A stretch of 36,023 nt of DNA, from assembly GCA_021734725.1 (NCBI GenBank), contig JAIPIM010000001.1:1-36023 (forward strand), in the 5' to 3' direction. The position numbers and the translations under genes are program-made. Shown here in pieces: positions 16,300-25,426 of the stretch. Each line of letters starts with the position of its first letter. Position 1 is the stretch's first letter. Origin of the DNA: Minisyncoccota bacterium (lineage in GTDB: Bacteria > Verrucomicrobiota > Lentisphaeria > Oligosphaerales > MVZH01). Below the pieces are notes generated by a model, which was not told where the DNA came from, did not search any database, and saw nothing but the letters and a program-made list of their open reading frames with translations.

Positions 16300-19200
16300 T
16301 TATTGCAATACAATGTGTTGTGCGGTAGCCACGCCCGTCATGACATCGTTTACTCTCACCGTCCACTGACCGGGTTGATCGTTGACCGCAAAGGGGATTG
16401 TTAGTGTGGCTTTTCCTCCGGGTGCAATGCGTGTTTTGCAGTAGAGCGGTCTGCGCGCCCCTGTCGGTGATGTTATGTCAAAATAGACGATATGTTCGCC
16501 GGGGGCTTCGCCGTTGGTCTGAATGGTTGCTTCCAATGTCACCGTCGTGCCTGCCTTTGCCTGCTTTGGCGCGGCAAGCACGATTTTTTCAACCTTGTAA
16601 GGCAGCAGACACAGCAGGCGCCCCTGGAACGACGGCAGATCGATGGTCGCCGATTCGCCGTACCCGAGATATTTGCCTTCCCGCACATTGTAAGCATGCT
16701 GTTTTCCGGTCCAGACAAACATGGCGTCGTCGCTCAGCGAGCTGATACGGCTGCGATCCATGAGAATCGGGGTGCCGCCGCTTTTGGTGACATAACCCCG
16801 TAAACTGGCCAGGAGCGTTGCTTTACCGCGTTCATATTTGTGGAGAGGCCGCAAGGGCAGGGGAGCCCAGGTGACCGGGTGAACAATACGCGCGCTCGCC
16901 TCGAAACCCGCCCACTTGGCCAGGGCGTCACCAAACAGGCGATGCCAATCCAACGTTGTTTCATTCAATTCCCGATAGACAAAGTTGAGCAGCATGGCTT
17001 TTCCCTTGCCGTACTCGTTGATGAAGCAGCCGCTGGTCGGGTTGCCTTCTTTCGAGAGGACCTGTGCGTGCGCCACCGCGGTTGTCGGTTTCAGTCCGAG
17101 AAACGTGGTTTGCCCCGGCAGCCAAATATGATTGTTGCTGAACCGGTGAGCCGCATCTTCGGGGGATTTGATACCCACGGAATACCAGGATTCTGACTCA
17201 CGATGGATTGTTGCGTTCGAGAAGTCGACGCCGAAGACCTCGGCCAACGCACTGTTGGCGCGCGGCTTGCCCATCTGGTGGCGTGTTGCCGGCATGATGT
17301 CCGCTACCACAGTGCCGCCGTTTCGGACATATTCTTTGATCGCTTCCCCGGTTGCGTCGGCCATGTTCAACTGTTGCGGAAGAAACAGCAGTTTACAGTC
17401 TTTCAATTCGCCGTTTTGGATGCTTTCTTCAGACGTGCTCGCGGTGGCAATGAACATGTTGTCCATCAGTGCCCCGAAGGTTCGTTGCGACGTTGGTGAG
17501 CCGCCACTCAACCGCAATCCGTTCCAGCCGTCGCTGCGCTTGGCGAACAGCCATCCCATGTGCTGGTTTTCTGAAGTTGACAGGACGCGTATACCATCGT
17601 GGGTCCTTTCGGCGCCGCTGAGCAGTGGTCCACAGCCACGAATGATATCGCCGATGCCATCCTGAATCCATTCTGCGTGGCGCCGCCAGGCCAGTTCGCT
17701 GCCGATGATGGCGTTTCCGAAGTAGTACCAAAGTGCGTCGGCACCGGTCAGAATATGCGTCCAGGCACCGAAATCTTTCCACACCATAGGCGGATCGTAT
17801 TTTTGGCCCCCTGGCTGTCCGGCGAATGCACCGCCCGGACTGCCGCCTCCATAGAGCATCATGAAGCGCATATGCCCCTGCATATTCGACATATCCCCAC
17901 CACGATAGGTAGGCCCCCCTTCACTCGTTCGCCAGTACGGCGCTCCGCAACCGGCGCGGAAATCATCGCCAAGGGTCATTTCATGCTGCTCGGAGACCCA
18001 GCCGTAGTAGCGGACGGCATAGGTCCAGTTCATGTACTCGCGGAATTCCAGCCAGCCGGACGGATTGTCCTTGCCTTTGATCTCATCTTCTTCGATGACC
18101 CGGACCTCGTCAAAGCTAGTGAATTCAGTTCCCCACATATCGTTCAGGGCCGCGATATCACCGTACTTTTTCTGCATCTCTTCCCGGAAGAGTTTTATCG
18201 AACCCGGGTCCTGCGAGAGTTGAGCGCCTTTCAACTCGCCGTCATGGATCCCGGTATAGGCGAACCAGGATTCATCGTCGAGAACACGGCTTATGGCTCC
18301 AAGTGCCTTGAAATCGGCAGTATCCCTTGCAATCAACGTTTTGAGTTTGGCGCGGTTCTCGGGGTTGTTGGGCGTCCACTTGTGGACTTTGGAAAACCCT
18401 TTCTGTGGGAACTGCCAGGACTTGCCGCCGATACTGAGCAACCCTTCGTCCGCGGCATCCTGCATTCGTTCACGGCTGTGGTTGTTGAAATAGATAGAAT
18501 TGAATCCGGCGGCCCGATATAGCAGTCCGGTGTAGGGCAGCAGGTACTCCGGTTGGTGCGTCCGCCCGTAGGAGGCAATGCAGAAGCGGTCGTCAAGCGA
18601 GTCAAGTCCGATGCGTGGCAAGTACACTTTTACTGCCTGACGGGCAATGACGGTTTTCTCACCCCGGGCGCGGAGAGTGAAGAAGATGCGGTTTGCCGGC
18701 AGTGCTGACAGCGCTGTGTCAACCGACACGGTGTTGCCATCGGTGACCGGAACCGTTTGGTCAACGAACACGCGGTCGAGACCGTCGACCCCTAAGACCC
18801 ACAGGTCACCGTTGACGCCGTTTGTCGCCACTTGGAATTCCAGCGTATCGCCTGGACGAACGTCATTGGAGAGGCGCTTGATCTGAAGGTTCGGGCCGCC
18901 CTGAACATCAATGGCCGCCGTTCCCCAGTTGTATGTTTTGCCGTCCTTTACGAGCCACACGTCCATGCGGTAGCGGCCGTTGGCGTGCAGCGCCGGCAGC
19001 TCCGGGGTAACAGTAAGGGGGGCCTCTTTGAGCGTCACTGGCATTGTGCTTTCGAAAAGGCGATCTCCGAAGGCATCCGTGAGTCGGTAGCGTACTGTCA
19101 GGTCTTGCGGCGCCTCTGGCGATCGGCTTAGTTGTACCTTGACACGTGGTACGGTTCCCGCGTCGCACGGAGTGAGGTCTGCCATCTGAAGGCGCACCTG

Positions 19201-20235
19201 AGGTGATTGGTTGGCCGCCCAGGCAATGGCGCGAAGCCATACGGCATAGACCGCTTCATGGGAGTCGCCAAACGTCGGGTACTTCTCGGTATCATAATCC
19301 GGCACGAGCCCCATGGCACCCATGCGGTCGATGGCAAAGTGAAGGCCTGCGACCCGGCCCTTGCCGTAGGATCCAGTGGCCACGACAGGGTGCCCTCCGG
19401 CACTCGCCAGGACGTCGGCGTCGGCGTCAGATGTGCTTTCCGTGATCCCGCACACCGGCCAGGCGGCGAAACTTATTCCATCGCTGACGGGGTGTGAAAC
19501 GTCAGTGCGCGTCGGTACTTCAGTGATTTTGCCCATACCGCCATCACCGTAATAGACGGGGGACAGCGCGGAGTAGGCCTTGTTGTCCTCCGGAATGGAA
19601 TAGTTGCCGCCGTCCGGGCCGCGATACCAGCGCGTGTTGCCCAGCAGGCAGATCAGGCCACTGCCGTTTTCTACTTTTTCCTCGATCCGTTTGAAAACAG
19701 GGGCAATCGTCGGATGCAGTTTATCCGTACGAAAGACCCGCGGGATATAGTGCCGCAGAACGATAACGTCGTACTCGCGTGAAAGAATCGTATCGTACTG
19801 TTTGGCAAAATAGGAGGCCATTGCGTCATCGTCCGGATGAACGTACAAGCTGGCCGGCAGCATCAGGTATGTGACCTCAACATTCGAGCGCTGTTCGATT
19901 TCCACCGCGCCACGCAGTTCGTATTTTGGTACGGCCAGCCACAGTACCCGGATCGGATCGCCTGAATAGGACGCCGCCCAGTCGATGTGCTTGGTTTCAA
20001 TTGCGTCCACGGTGTCTGACAGCGCGATAGTGTCGGCGTGTTCAACCAGCTTATTGGCGCTGCGATTGCCGAATTTGTAGTAGCCTTTCAAGGCCGCCGG
20101 CGTTTCCGTGCGATCGGTGCCGTTGACGGGAATGTCGGGCAATTCCAGTGGCTTGAAGTCCCATCCCTTTGCCACGGTGCATAGCGATAGTACAGTCAGG
20201 ATAGCGGTTAACGTTCGTGTGCGAAATCTGTTCAT
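16300..20235 (-). CDS. large exported protein with a GH42-like core; paralog B
   Basis: It is colinear over its full length with paralog A. The ORF is open to ATG 20253, but ATG 20235 (MNRFRTRTLTAILTVLSLC...) is preceded by an AAGGA Shine-Dalgarno sequence and yields a normal signal peptide. It lies 31 bp upstream of paralog A. Confidence 0.9.
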   Translation of the reverse strand: MNRFRTRTLTAILTVLSLCTVAKGWDFKPLELPDIPVNGTDRTETPAALKGYYKFGNRSANKLVEHADTIALSDTVDAIETKHIDWAASYSGDPIRVLWLAVPKYELRGAVEIEQRSNVEVTYLMLPASLYVHPDDDAMASYFAKQYDTILSREYDVIVLRHYIPRVFRTDKLHPTIAPVFKRIEEKVENGSGLICLLGNTRWYRGPDGGNYSIPEDNKAYSALSPVYYGDGGMGKITEVPTRTDVSHPVSDGISFAAWPVCGITESTSDADADVLASAGGHPVVATGSYGKGRVAGLHFAIDRMGAMGLVPDYDTEKYPTFGDSHEAVYAVWLRAIAWAANQSPQVRLQMADLTPCDAGTVPRVKVQLSRSPEAPQDLTVRYRLTDAFGDRLFESTMPVTLKEAPLTVTPELPALHANGRYRMDVWLVKDGKTYNWGTAAIDVQGGPNLQIKRLSNDVRPGDTLEFQVATNGVNGDLWVLGVDGLDRVFVDQTVPVTDGNTVSVDTALSALPANRIFFTLRARGEKTVIARQAVKVYLPRIGLDSLDDRFCIASYGRTHQPEYLLPYTGLLYRAAGFNSIYFNNHSRERMQDAADEGLLSIGGKSWQFPQKGFSKVHKWTPNNPENRAKLKTLIARDTADFKALGAISRVLDDESWFAYTGIHDGELKGAQLSQDPGSIKLFREEMQKKYGDIAALNDMWGTEFTSFDEVRVIEEDEIKGKDNPSGWLEFREYMNWTYAVRYYGWVSEQHEMTLGDDFRAGCGAPYWRTSEGGPTYRGGDMSNMQGHMRFMMLYGGGSPGGAFAGQPGGQKYDPPMVWKDFGAWTHILTGADALWYYFGNAIIGSELAWRRHAEWIQDGIGDIIRGCGPLLSGAERTHDGIRVLSTSENQHMGWLFAKRSDGWNGLRLSGGSPTSQRTFGALMDNMFIATASTSEESIQNGELKDCKLLFLPQQLNMADATGEAIKEYVRNGGTVVADIMPATRHQMGKPRANSALAEVFGVDFSNATIHRESESWYSVGIKSPEDAAHRFSNNHIWLPGQTTFLGLKPTTAVAHAQVLSKEGNPTSGCFINEYGKGKAMLLNFVYRELNETTLDWHRLFGDALAKWAGFEASARIVHPVTWAPLPLRPLHKYERGKATLLASLRGYVTKSGGTPILMDRSRISSLSDDAMFVWTGKQHAYNVREGKYLGYGESATIDLPSFQGRLLCLLPYKVEKIVLAAPKQAKAGTTVTLEATIQTNGEAPGEHIVYFDITSPTGARRPLYCKTRIAPGGKATLTIPFAVNDQPGQWTVRVNDVMTGVATAQHIVLQ

Positions 20236-20397
20236 TTGCTTTTTCCTTATCATCTGTTTTCTCTTTACGGACTGGTTTTTCGGATTAAGATTGCGGGCGA
20301 CGAGAACGGGGGAAAAAGGTCGCCGTCTCCACTGTATTGTACGTATTCAGCGCCCGCATTCCGTCGACAATACGCTGGCGATGCGGGTTAGTACAAA

Positions 20398-20446
20398 CGG
20401 TCGTCCTCGGCCGTTTCCGACGCCGCTTGCCGGCCGAGGACGACCG
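20398..20446 (-). terminator. 16-bp perfect-stem GC-rich hairpin downstream of the GH95-like gene
   Basis: CGGTCGTCCTCGGCCG (20398-20413) pairs with CGGCCGAGGACGACCG (20431-20446) around a 17-nt loop. The hairpin is 42 nt after the stop at 20488. On the minus strand only a weak TTTGT tract follows it. Confidence 0.45.
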
Positions 20447-20487
20447 GCGGTACTACGCGGCGGTCCTCGGGCGCTAAACGAATTCGG

Positions 20488-22896
20488 CTATTTTTGTACT
20501 GCGCTCTGGATGGTAACACGATCTCCCGGTGTGACATCGATCGTCAAGATGGCTTCTGACATGGTGCGCGGTGGATCGTCATTGACACAATAGGTCGTCG
20601 TATCCCAGGGGATTGCGACCCGGCAGGTTGTTTCGCACAAACTTTCCAGCTCGATCCATTGAACGACGCCGTGCTCCATGCATGCCGAAACACGATACCC
20701 GCCTTTGGCGCGGAAACCTTCGAATGTTCCCGTAAAATCACTGTCGACGGCGGGAAACACCCGGAGGATGCCGTCGTGACTCTGGAGCAGGCACTCCATC
20801 AGCGGCCCGGGGTAGCCGAAGATCCAGTCCATCTGCATGAACTTGCGCGAGGGTCCCCTGCCAAAGAACCCTGTGAACTCCGCGGTTGAATCGCCGCGCA
20901 CGTGCTTGGATGCGGTGCCGGCCAGATCTGTGAATGCATTATCGAGCCCGAGATTGGCTTGTACGAAGCCGATGTATTCGCCTGCAAAACCACCCCTTGC
21001 TCCGTGCCCTGTACGCTCTTTCAAACGGTTCAGGCTGGCCATGGCTGTCTTGCGGTGTGTTTCAGACCCCGTCCATGCCGTGACGTTCGCGGCAGGATAG
21101 ACCGGGCTGAGAGTCAACGGCAAGTGGGCCGTATGGAAGTCGAAATCGCGTTCTTCCAGATCTTTAAACCGTGTCGCCCATTCGCCTTTGATAGAATAGG
21201 GGCGCTCAATGGTCGGGTAATCCGGCAGTTTCTCCAGGATGTCCCGCCATTTTGCCAACGGGGTGTTGTCCGCTTCGAGCACTTCTCCGGCGGCCAGGGC
21301 GCATTTGAGAAAGCCTTTGATCAAGGCCAGATCACAGGTGGAATTTGTGCCGAGAGACTCGGGGCATTTACCCACTTGTTCGGGAGAATAGCTGGGAAAG
21401 ACTCTGAGCCCTCCCTTGCCGTCGGGCAGCAGATAATCCTCGTAGAATCTGGCCGCATTCACAAACATGGGCCAGGCGTGGTTTTTCAGCCAGTCATTGT
21501 CCAGTGTATACTCGTAATGCCACCAGAAATGCAGCATTAACCAGGCGGTGCCCCCGGGCCACATGCTGCAGGTGTAATGGCCGACGAGTTCGTGGCCGTC
21601 CGGTCCGGCACCCATGGGCAACTTCATACCGTCGCTCTTGTAGTATTCCTTTGTGTCCGACCGTGCCTGCTCCGCCATATGTTCATAGAGATCAAAGAAC
21701 GGGGTAGCCTGTTCCAGGTGATCCGCGGCATGGCAACTCCAATAGGTTGCCTGGACGTTGATATCATCATGATAATCGCTGTTCCACGGGGGGCCGTCCT
21801 GATTGCTCCAGACCCCTTGGAGGCCAGCCGCCTGACGGCCTTGCCGCGAAGAACTTCCCAGTGCGTAAAGGCCCAAAAACCAGAGGCGCTCGGCGGCAGG
21901 ATAGTTGATTTCCAGGTAGGCTCGGGACCAGTATTCACGCCACCACTCGCGGTGGTCGCGGCGCAATTGGTCGAAACCGGCATTTCGTGCGTCTTTCAAA
22001 TTCTGTCTGGCTTCCGCCAGCAGCTCGTTTTCATTGCCGTAGCCGCGGACCGTGGTCAGGTAGATTTCGAACGTCTGCGGGCCGCGTGCATCCAAGGCGT
22101 CCAGTTCTCGCTTGGTCCCCTCAAAGTTGGCGACCAGGTTTTCAAAATCGCTGTCGCTCATTCCGCCGTCGCGCAGGCTTGCCATCGACATGGTGTCTGT
22201 GGCCGACGTTTCGACGCGCAGGCCGTCGAACGCCATGGCGGTCAGGCTGATCAGGCCGTCCGGGAACCGCATGATCAGCCAGATCGTATCCGCATCGGCC
22301 CCGGCCGCGGGGGAGGGCAGAAAAACGTTTTCGTTACGACAAAGCGTGACACGGTGTCCATGCGGCTTGCCGTCGTCGCAGCGCAGCTGCATGGCGACAA
22401 CTGGTCGAGTGGCGCATACGATCGTGGTTTCGTGGATACCGCCGGGGCGTTTCCAGTACTTGTCAAACGGGGTGTAATCCACATTTACTTCGGCGGATGC
22501 CATACTCAGGCGTTCTTTGTAGGCCCATGTCTGTGAGCCGCCGGCAATCTCAATGCATGCGGTGGCACAGGGTTGAATAGTGGGGAATACAGGGCCGCTG
22601 TTCGCGGTATTTTCGTCGCCCAGCTCATTAAGTCCATGTTTGTCTCCGTCAGTCACCATCCGCCGAACGTCTTCCAGGCTTTGTGGGGGGAGATTACTTG
22701 TGCCGTTGGGCGTCCGATAGTCCCATACATCACTTTTATTGACAGTCAATGTCCGGTGGGTAGGGGGTCCCCACGCCATAACGCCGATGTCGCCGTTGCC
22801 GAGTATCATGCCCTCAACCCATTCGGAGGACGGTGATGTGCGGACAAAATCATGACGTGCGATTCGTTTCAAACGCTGGTCTGTCGGTGTCTTCAT
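20488..22896 (-). CDS. GH95-like glycoside hydrolase (alpha-L-fucosidase/galactosidase-type six-hairpin enzyme)
   Basis: The protein is 802 aa. The N-terminal segment EWVEGMILGNGDIGVMAWG matches the GH95/GH65N_2-type motif. The central segment GVWSNQDGPPWNSDYHDDINVQATYW matches the GH95 catalytic-region pattern. There is no signal peptide. Confidence 0.7.
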   Translation of the reverse strand: MKTPTDQRLKRIARHDFVRTSPSSEWVEGMILGNGDIGVMAWGPPTHRTLTVNKSDVWDYRTPNGTSNLPPQSLEDVRRMVTDGDKHGLNELGDENTANSGPVFPTIQPCATACIEIAGGSQTWAYKERLSMASAEVNVDYTPFDKYWKRPGGIHETTIVCATRPVVAMQLRCDDGKPHGHRVTLCRNENVFLPSPAAGADADTIWLIMRFPDGLISLTAMAFDGLRVETSATDTMSMASLRDGGMSDSDFENLVANFEGTKRELDALDARGPQTFEIYLTTVRGYGNENELLAEARQNLKDARNAGFDQLRRDHREWWREYWSRAYLEINYPAAERLWFLGLYALGSSSRQGRQAAGLQGVWSNQDGPPWNSDYHDDINVQATYWSCHAADHLEQATPFFDLYEHMAEQARSDTKEYYKSDGMKLPMGAGPDGHELVGHYTCSMWPGGTAWLMLHFWWHYEYTLDNDWLKNHAWPMFVNAARFYEDYLLPDGKGGLRVFPSYSPEQVGKCPESLGTNSTCDLALIKGFLKCALAAGEVLEADNTPLAKWRDILEKLPDYPTIERPYSIKGEWATRFKDLEERDFDFHTAHLPLTLSPVYPAANVTAWTGSETHRKTAMASLNRLKERTGHGARGGFAGEYIGFVQANLGLDNAFTDLAGTASKHVRGDSTAEFTGFFGRGPSRKFMQMDWIFGYPGPLMECLLQSHDGILRVFPAVDSDFTGTFEGFRAKGGYRVSACMEHGVVQWIELESLCETTCRVAIPWDTTTYCVNDDPPRTMSEAILTIDVTPGDRVTIQSAVQK

Positions 22897-22900
22897 AAGT

Positions 22901-22977
22901 GTTCCGGGTTCTGAGTTCTGAGTTCTTGGTTCGTCGTTTGTGAACTAAGAACGAAGAACGACGAACAACGAACGATT
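22901..22977 (-). promoter_or_regulatory. 77-bp dyad array of 11 phased heptads: (GTTC-N3)x5 + GTTTGTG + (AAC-N3-G)x5
   Basis: GTTC occurs at 22901, 22908, 22915, 22922 and 22929. GAAC occurs at 22942, 22949, 22956, 22963 and 22970. The symmetry centre is at 22937. The array ends 4 nt from the GH95-like start codon and begins 26 nt after the regulator's stop codon. Confidence 0.6.
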
Positions 22978-23002
22978 CGCGCGAAGGCTATTTCGCAAGA
23001 GT

Positions 23003-24094
23003 CTATTTACGACTGGAGTTTCGTATAACTAACTGTGGTTTTACGACCACGCGTTCGTACGTGGTTTCTTCACTGAGGAGAAGGCGCAGGGCTTGAGTTC
23101 CCAATTCAGTTTCCTGGATATCGACGCTGGACATACCGCCGGGATGCGATTCAGCCCAGGGGGTATTAAAAAAGCCCACGCAGGGCGTGTTTGAACCCGC
23201 GCCGATCCCGGCCTTTTCAAGTGACTGTAACGTTTTCGTCAGGCGAAAATCGGAGTCGGCGACCATGGCCGTGGGGGCTTCGGACGACAGCAGGAGATCT
23301 TTGATTCCGGAAATATCGCCATAATGCCCCATGCGTTGACTGCACACGTACTCGCGCCGGTCACCGTCTTCATGGATTGCGTCAAGGTAGCCGTTGTACT
23401 GTTGTATATATCCTTTATGGCGGCGTTCGGGCGGCGCCCAGTTCTGATCATTGTGTCGGTGCGTGACAAAAAGGATACGATCATGCCCCTGCTCGATCAG
23501 GTGACGGGTGGCGATATATGTGCCGTACCAGTAATCGGAAATCACACTGGCGGCAAGGATCGGCAGGTCCGACTCCATGCGCTGGACAAACACAAGGCGG
23601 GCGATCTCGTCCTGATATCGGTAGAATGTATCGTAGGGCGTGGTTGCGCCCCCGATCACCACAATACCGTCAGGCTTCTTGTCCAGCAAGCCGCGCAAAT
23701 AGAGTTCGGGAGACGTTGCGAATCCGCCGACAGACGGATCCAGTGGGACGGGAAGGCCCCCGGCATCCTGAATGCCTCGGAATAAAGCGCCGGAAAGACT
23801 TTGATACAAATGCCCCTCGAGCTGGCCGCATACGGCGTATGTGCGGTGGGCGCTCGATTGATGCGCCGACCTGAGAAACGTGCCTTTCCCGGGGATGCGG
23901 ACGATCAGCCGTTCCTCCACCAAGTTCCGCAATGCCTTATTGATTGTTTTGGGGTTGACACTGTATTCTTTGGCCAAATCTAATGAGGACGGCAGCATGT
24001 CTGTATAGGAACCGTTGCGAATCCGGCCTTTGATGTCCCGCGCAATGGTTGACGCTTTGGCTGGCGCAGGCGGTGCGATGGAGGAATTAACCAT
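23003..24094 (-). CDS. hybrid transcriptional regulator: GntR-type winged-HTH N-terminus fused to a LacI/PBP1-type sugar-binding domain
   Basis: The HTH segment is LPSSLDLAKEYSVNPKTINKALRNLVEERLIVRIPGKGTFL. The remaining ~280 aa show periplasmic-binding-protein-like motifs (DGIVVIGG, RILFVTH, PTAMVADSD). Confidence 0.85.
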   Translation of the reverse strand: MVNSSIAPPAPAKASTIARDIKGRIRNGSYTDMLPSSLDLAKEYSVNPKTINKALRNLVEERLIVRIPGKGTFLRSAHQSSAHRTYAVCGQLEGHLYQSLSGALFRGIQDAGGLPVPLDPSVGGFATSPELYLRGLLDKKPDGIVVIGGATTPYDTFYRYQDEIARLVFVQRMESDLPILAASVISDYWYGTYIATRHLIEQGHDRILFVTHRHNDQNWAPPERRHKGYIQQYNGYLDAIHEDGDRREYVCSQRMGHYGDISGIKDLLLSSEAPTAMVADSDFRLTKTLQSLEKAGIGAGSNTPCVGFFNTPWAESHPGGMSSVDIQETELGTQALRLLLSEETTYERVVVKPQLVIRNSSRK

Positions 24095-24338
24095 GGTTTG
24101 ATCTTTGTTGTTGCAGTCGCTTTTTGTGTTTACGTTTTTTAAAATAATCCTTGAATTAAGGAATGTACAGGGAGCGCGCTGTTATTTTTATAAAGCCATG
24201 GCTGGTTATAAGATAGGAAAGCTGTGTCAAGAATTGTGAGGATAGTGACACTACAGTGAAAATAAACAGAATGTGTAAAAAGGGATTGGTTATCTGGTGT
24301 GGGATGCATTAAAGTAGAGAAAAAGACCAGGTGAGAAC

Positions 24339-24367
24339 TTGACGATAACCATGGTTCGCGGTAAGGT
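24339..24367 (+). promoter_or_regulatory. candidate sigma70-type promoter TTGACG-N17-TAAGGT with an AACCATGGTT palindrome in the spacer
   Basis: The hexamers lie at 24339-24344 and 24362-24367, about 55 nt upstream of ATG 24420, in an AT-rich divergent intergenic region. The promoter consensus for this lineage is assumed, not known. Confidence 0.25.
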
Positions 24368-24419
24368 TATTAGGTGGGTGCCATGAAAATCTAAATAGTG
24401 TTTCGACGCGTAAGGAATA

Positions 24420-25226
24420 ATGGCAGTGAGTCAGCGACCAAACAACCGAACGGATTGTGTGTTCACCTTAATCGAATTATTGGTTGTGATTGCCATTATC
24501 GGAGTGCTGGCGTCCTTACTGCTGCCAGCTCTCACAACAGCGAAGGACAAAGCGAAGGAAATCACCTGTGGCAGCCAGCAAAAGCAGCTCTTAACCGACG
24601 TCCTTCTTTATGCCACGGATTACGACGGTGTCTTGCCGCAATCGTATAGTCAGACGCACTGGTGGACATACGTCAGCCAGATGGCCATAAGCGGCCACTT
24701 GAAATACGGCGGTGAGCTTCACTGTCCATCCAACGCGGTCACAATTCTGCAAGGAATGGGTGATAAGGGTGTCTTCCACACCAATTATGCATACAACAGC
24801 GGGCGTCTCGGTCATTGGTATTCCAGAGAATATTACCCCGACGGTGAGGACCTTTTCAAGCGTGTCTCGCAAGTTCGAACACCAAGCCAGTGTCCCGCGC
24901 TTTACGATGCACCGTATCGCTGGACCGGGGGTGGTGCGCTGGCCGGACATCACGTGGGTTGCGCCGGTCTCACATACCCTTTTTACGACGGCATGTTTAC
25001 CAGTCCCGACTTGTATTTTGAGACGCGTTTTGCCTATCTGCCGAGGTATTCCACATGGGACATTCACAGCCAGCGGTTGTCCATGAGCTTTCTGGACGGC
25101 CATTGGCGGGCCATTCCGCGCAAGCAAGTGGCTGATAAGGACAGCATTTGGGGGACCGGTATTTCCGCGTCTTGGAATGGTCACGACCATGCCAACGATA
25201 TTTTCGAAAGCCAGATCGACGAATGA
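24420..25226 (+). CDS. prepilin-type N-terminal domain protein of the H-X9-DG (DUF1559-like) class
   Basis: The N-terminus FTLIELLVVIAIIGVLASLLLPAL has Glu at +5. The C-terminal segment HSQRLSMSFLDGH fits the H-X9-DG pattern. A TAAGGA Shine-Dalgarno sequence precedes the ATG. Confidence 0.88.
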   Translation: MAVSQRPNNRTDCVFTLIELLVVIAIIGVLASLLLPALTTAKDKAKEITCGSQQKQLLTDVLLYATDYDGVLPQSYSQTHWWTYVSQMAISGHLKYGGELHCPSNAVTILQGMGDKGVFHTNYAYNSGRLGHWYSREYYPDGEDLFKRVSQVRTPSQCPALYDAPYRWTGGGALAGHHVGCAGLTYPFYDGMFTSPDLYFETRFAYLPRYSTWDIHSQRLSMSFLDGHWRAIPRKQVADKDSIWGTGISASWNGHDHANDIFESQIDE

Positions 25227-25426
25227 ATCAATATGCGCCGTGTCTGGGGGTCTCGCATTCAAATTTTAGACTGGTTTGCGAGCAATGCTGGACAGTTGGA
25301 CAAAGGGTATCGTATTTTTGAAAATCCGTTTTTTGTCGGACCGGATTCCGTATAGGAACTGAAATGTTGTGATTGAGAAAGGGGCTCTTTCTTGGTACAA
25401 CGGGTAAGCAGAAAGGAGAGGCAGAG

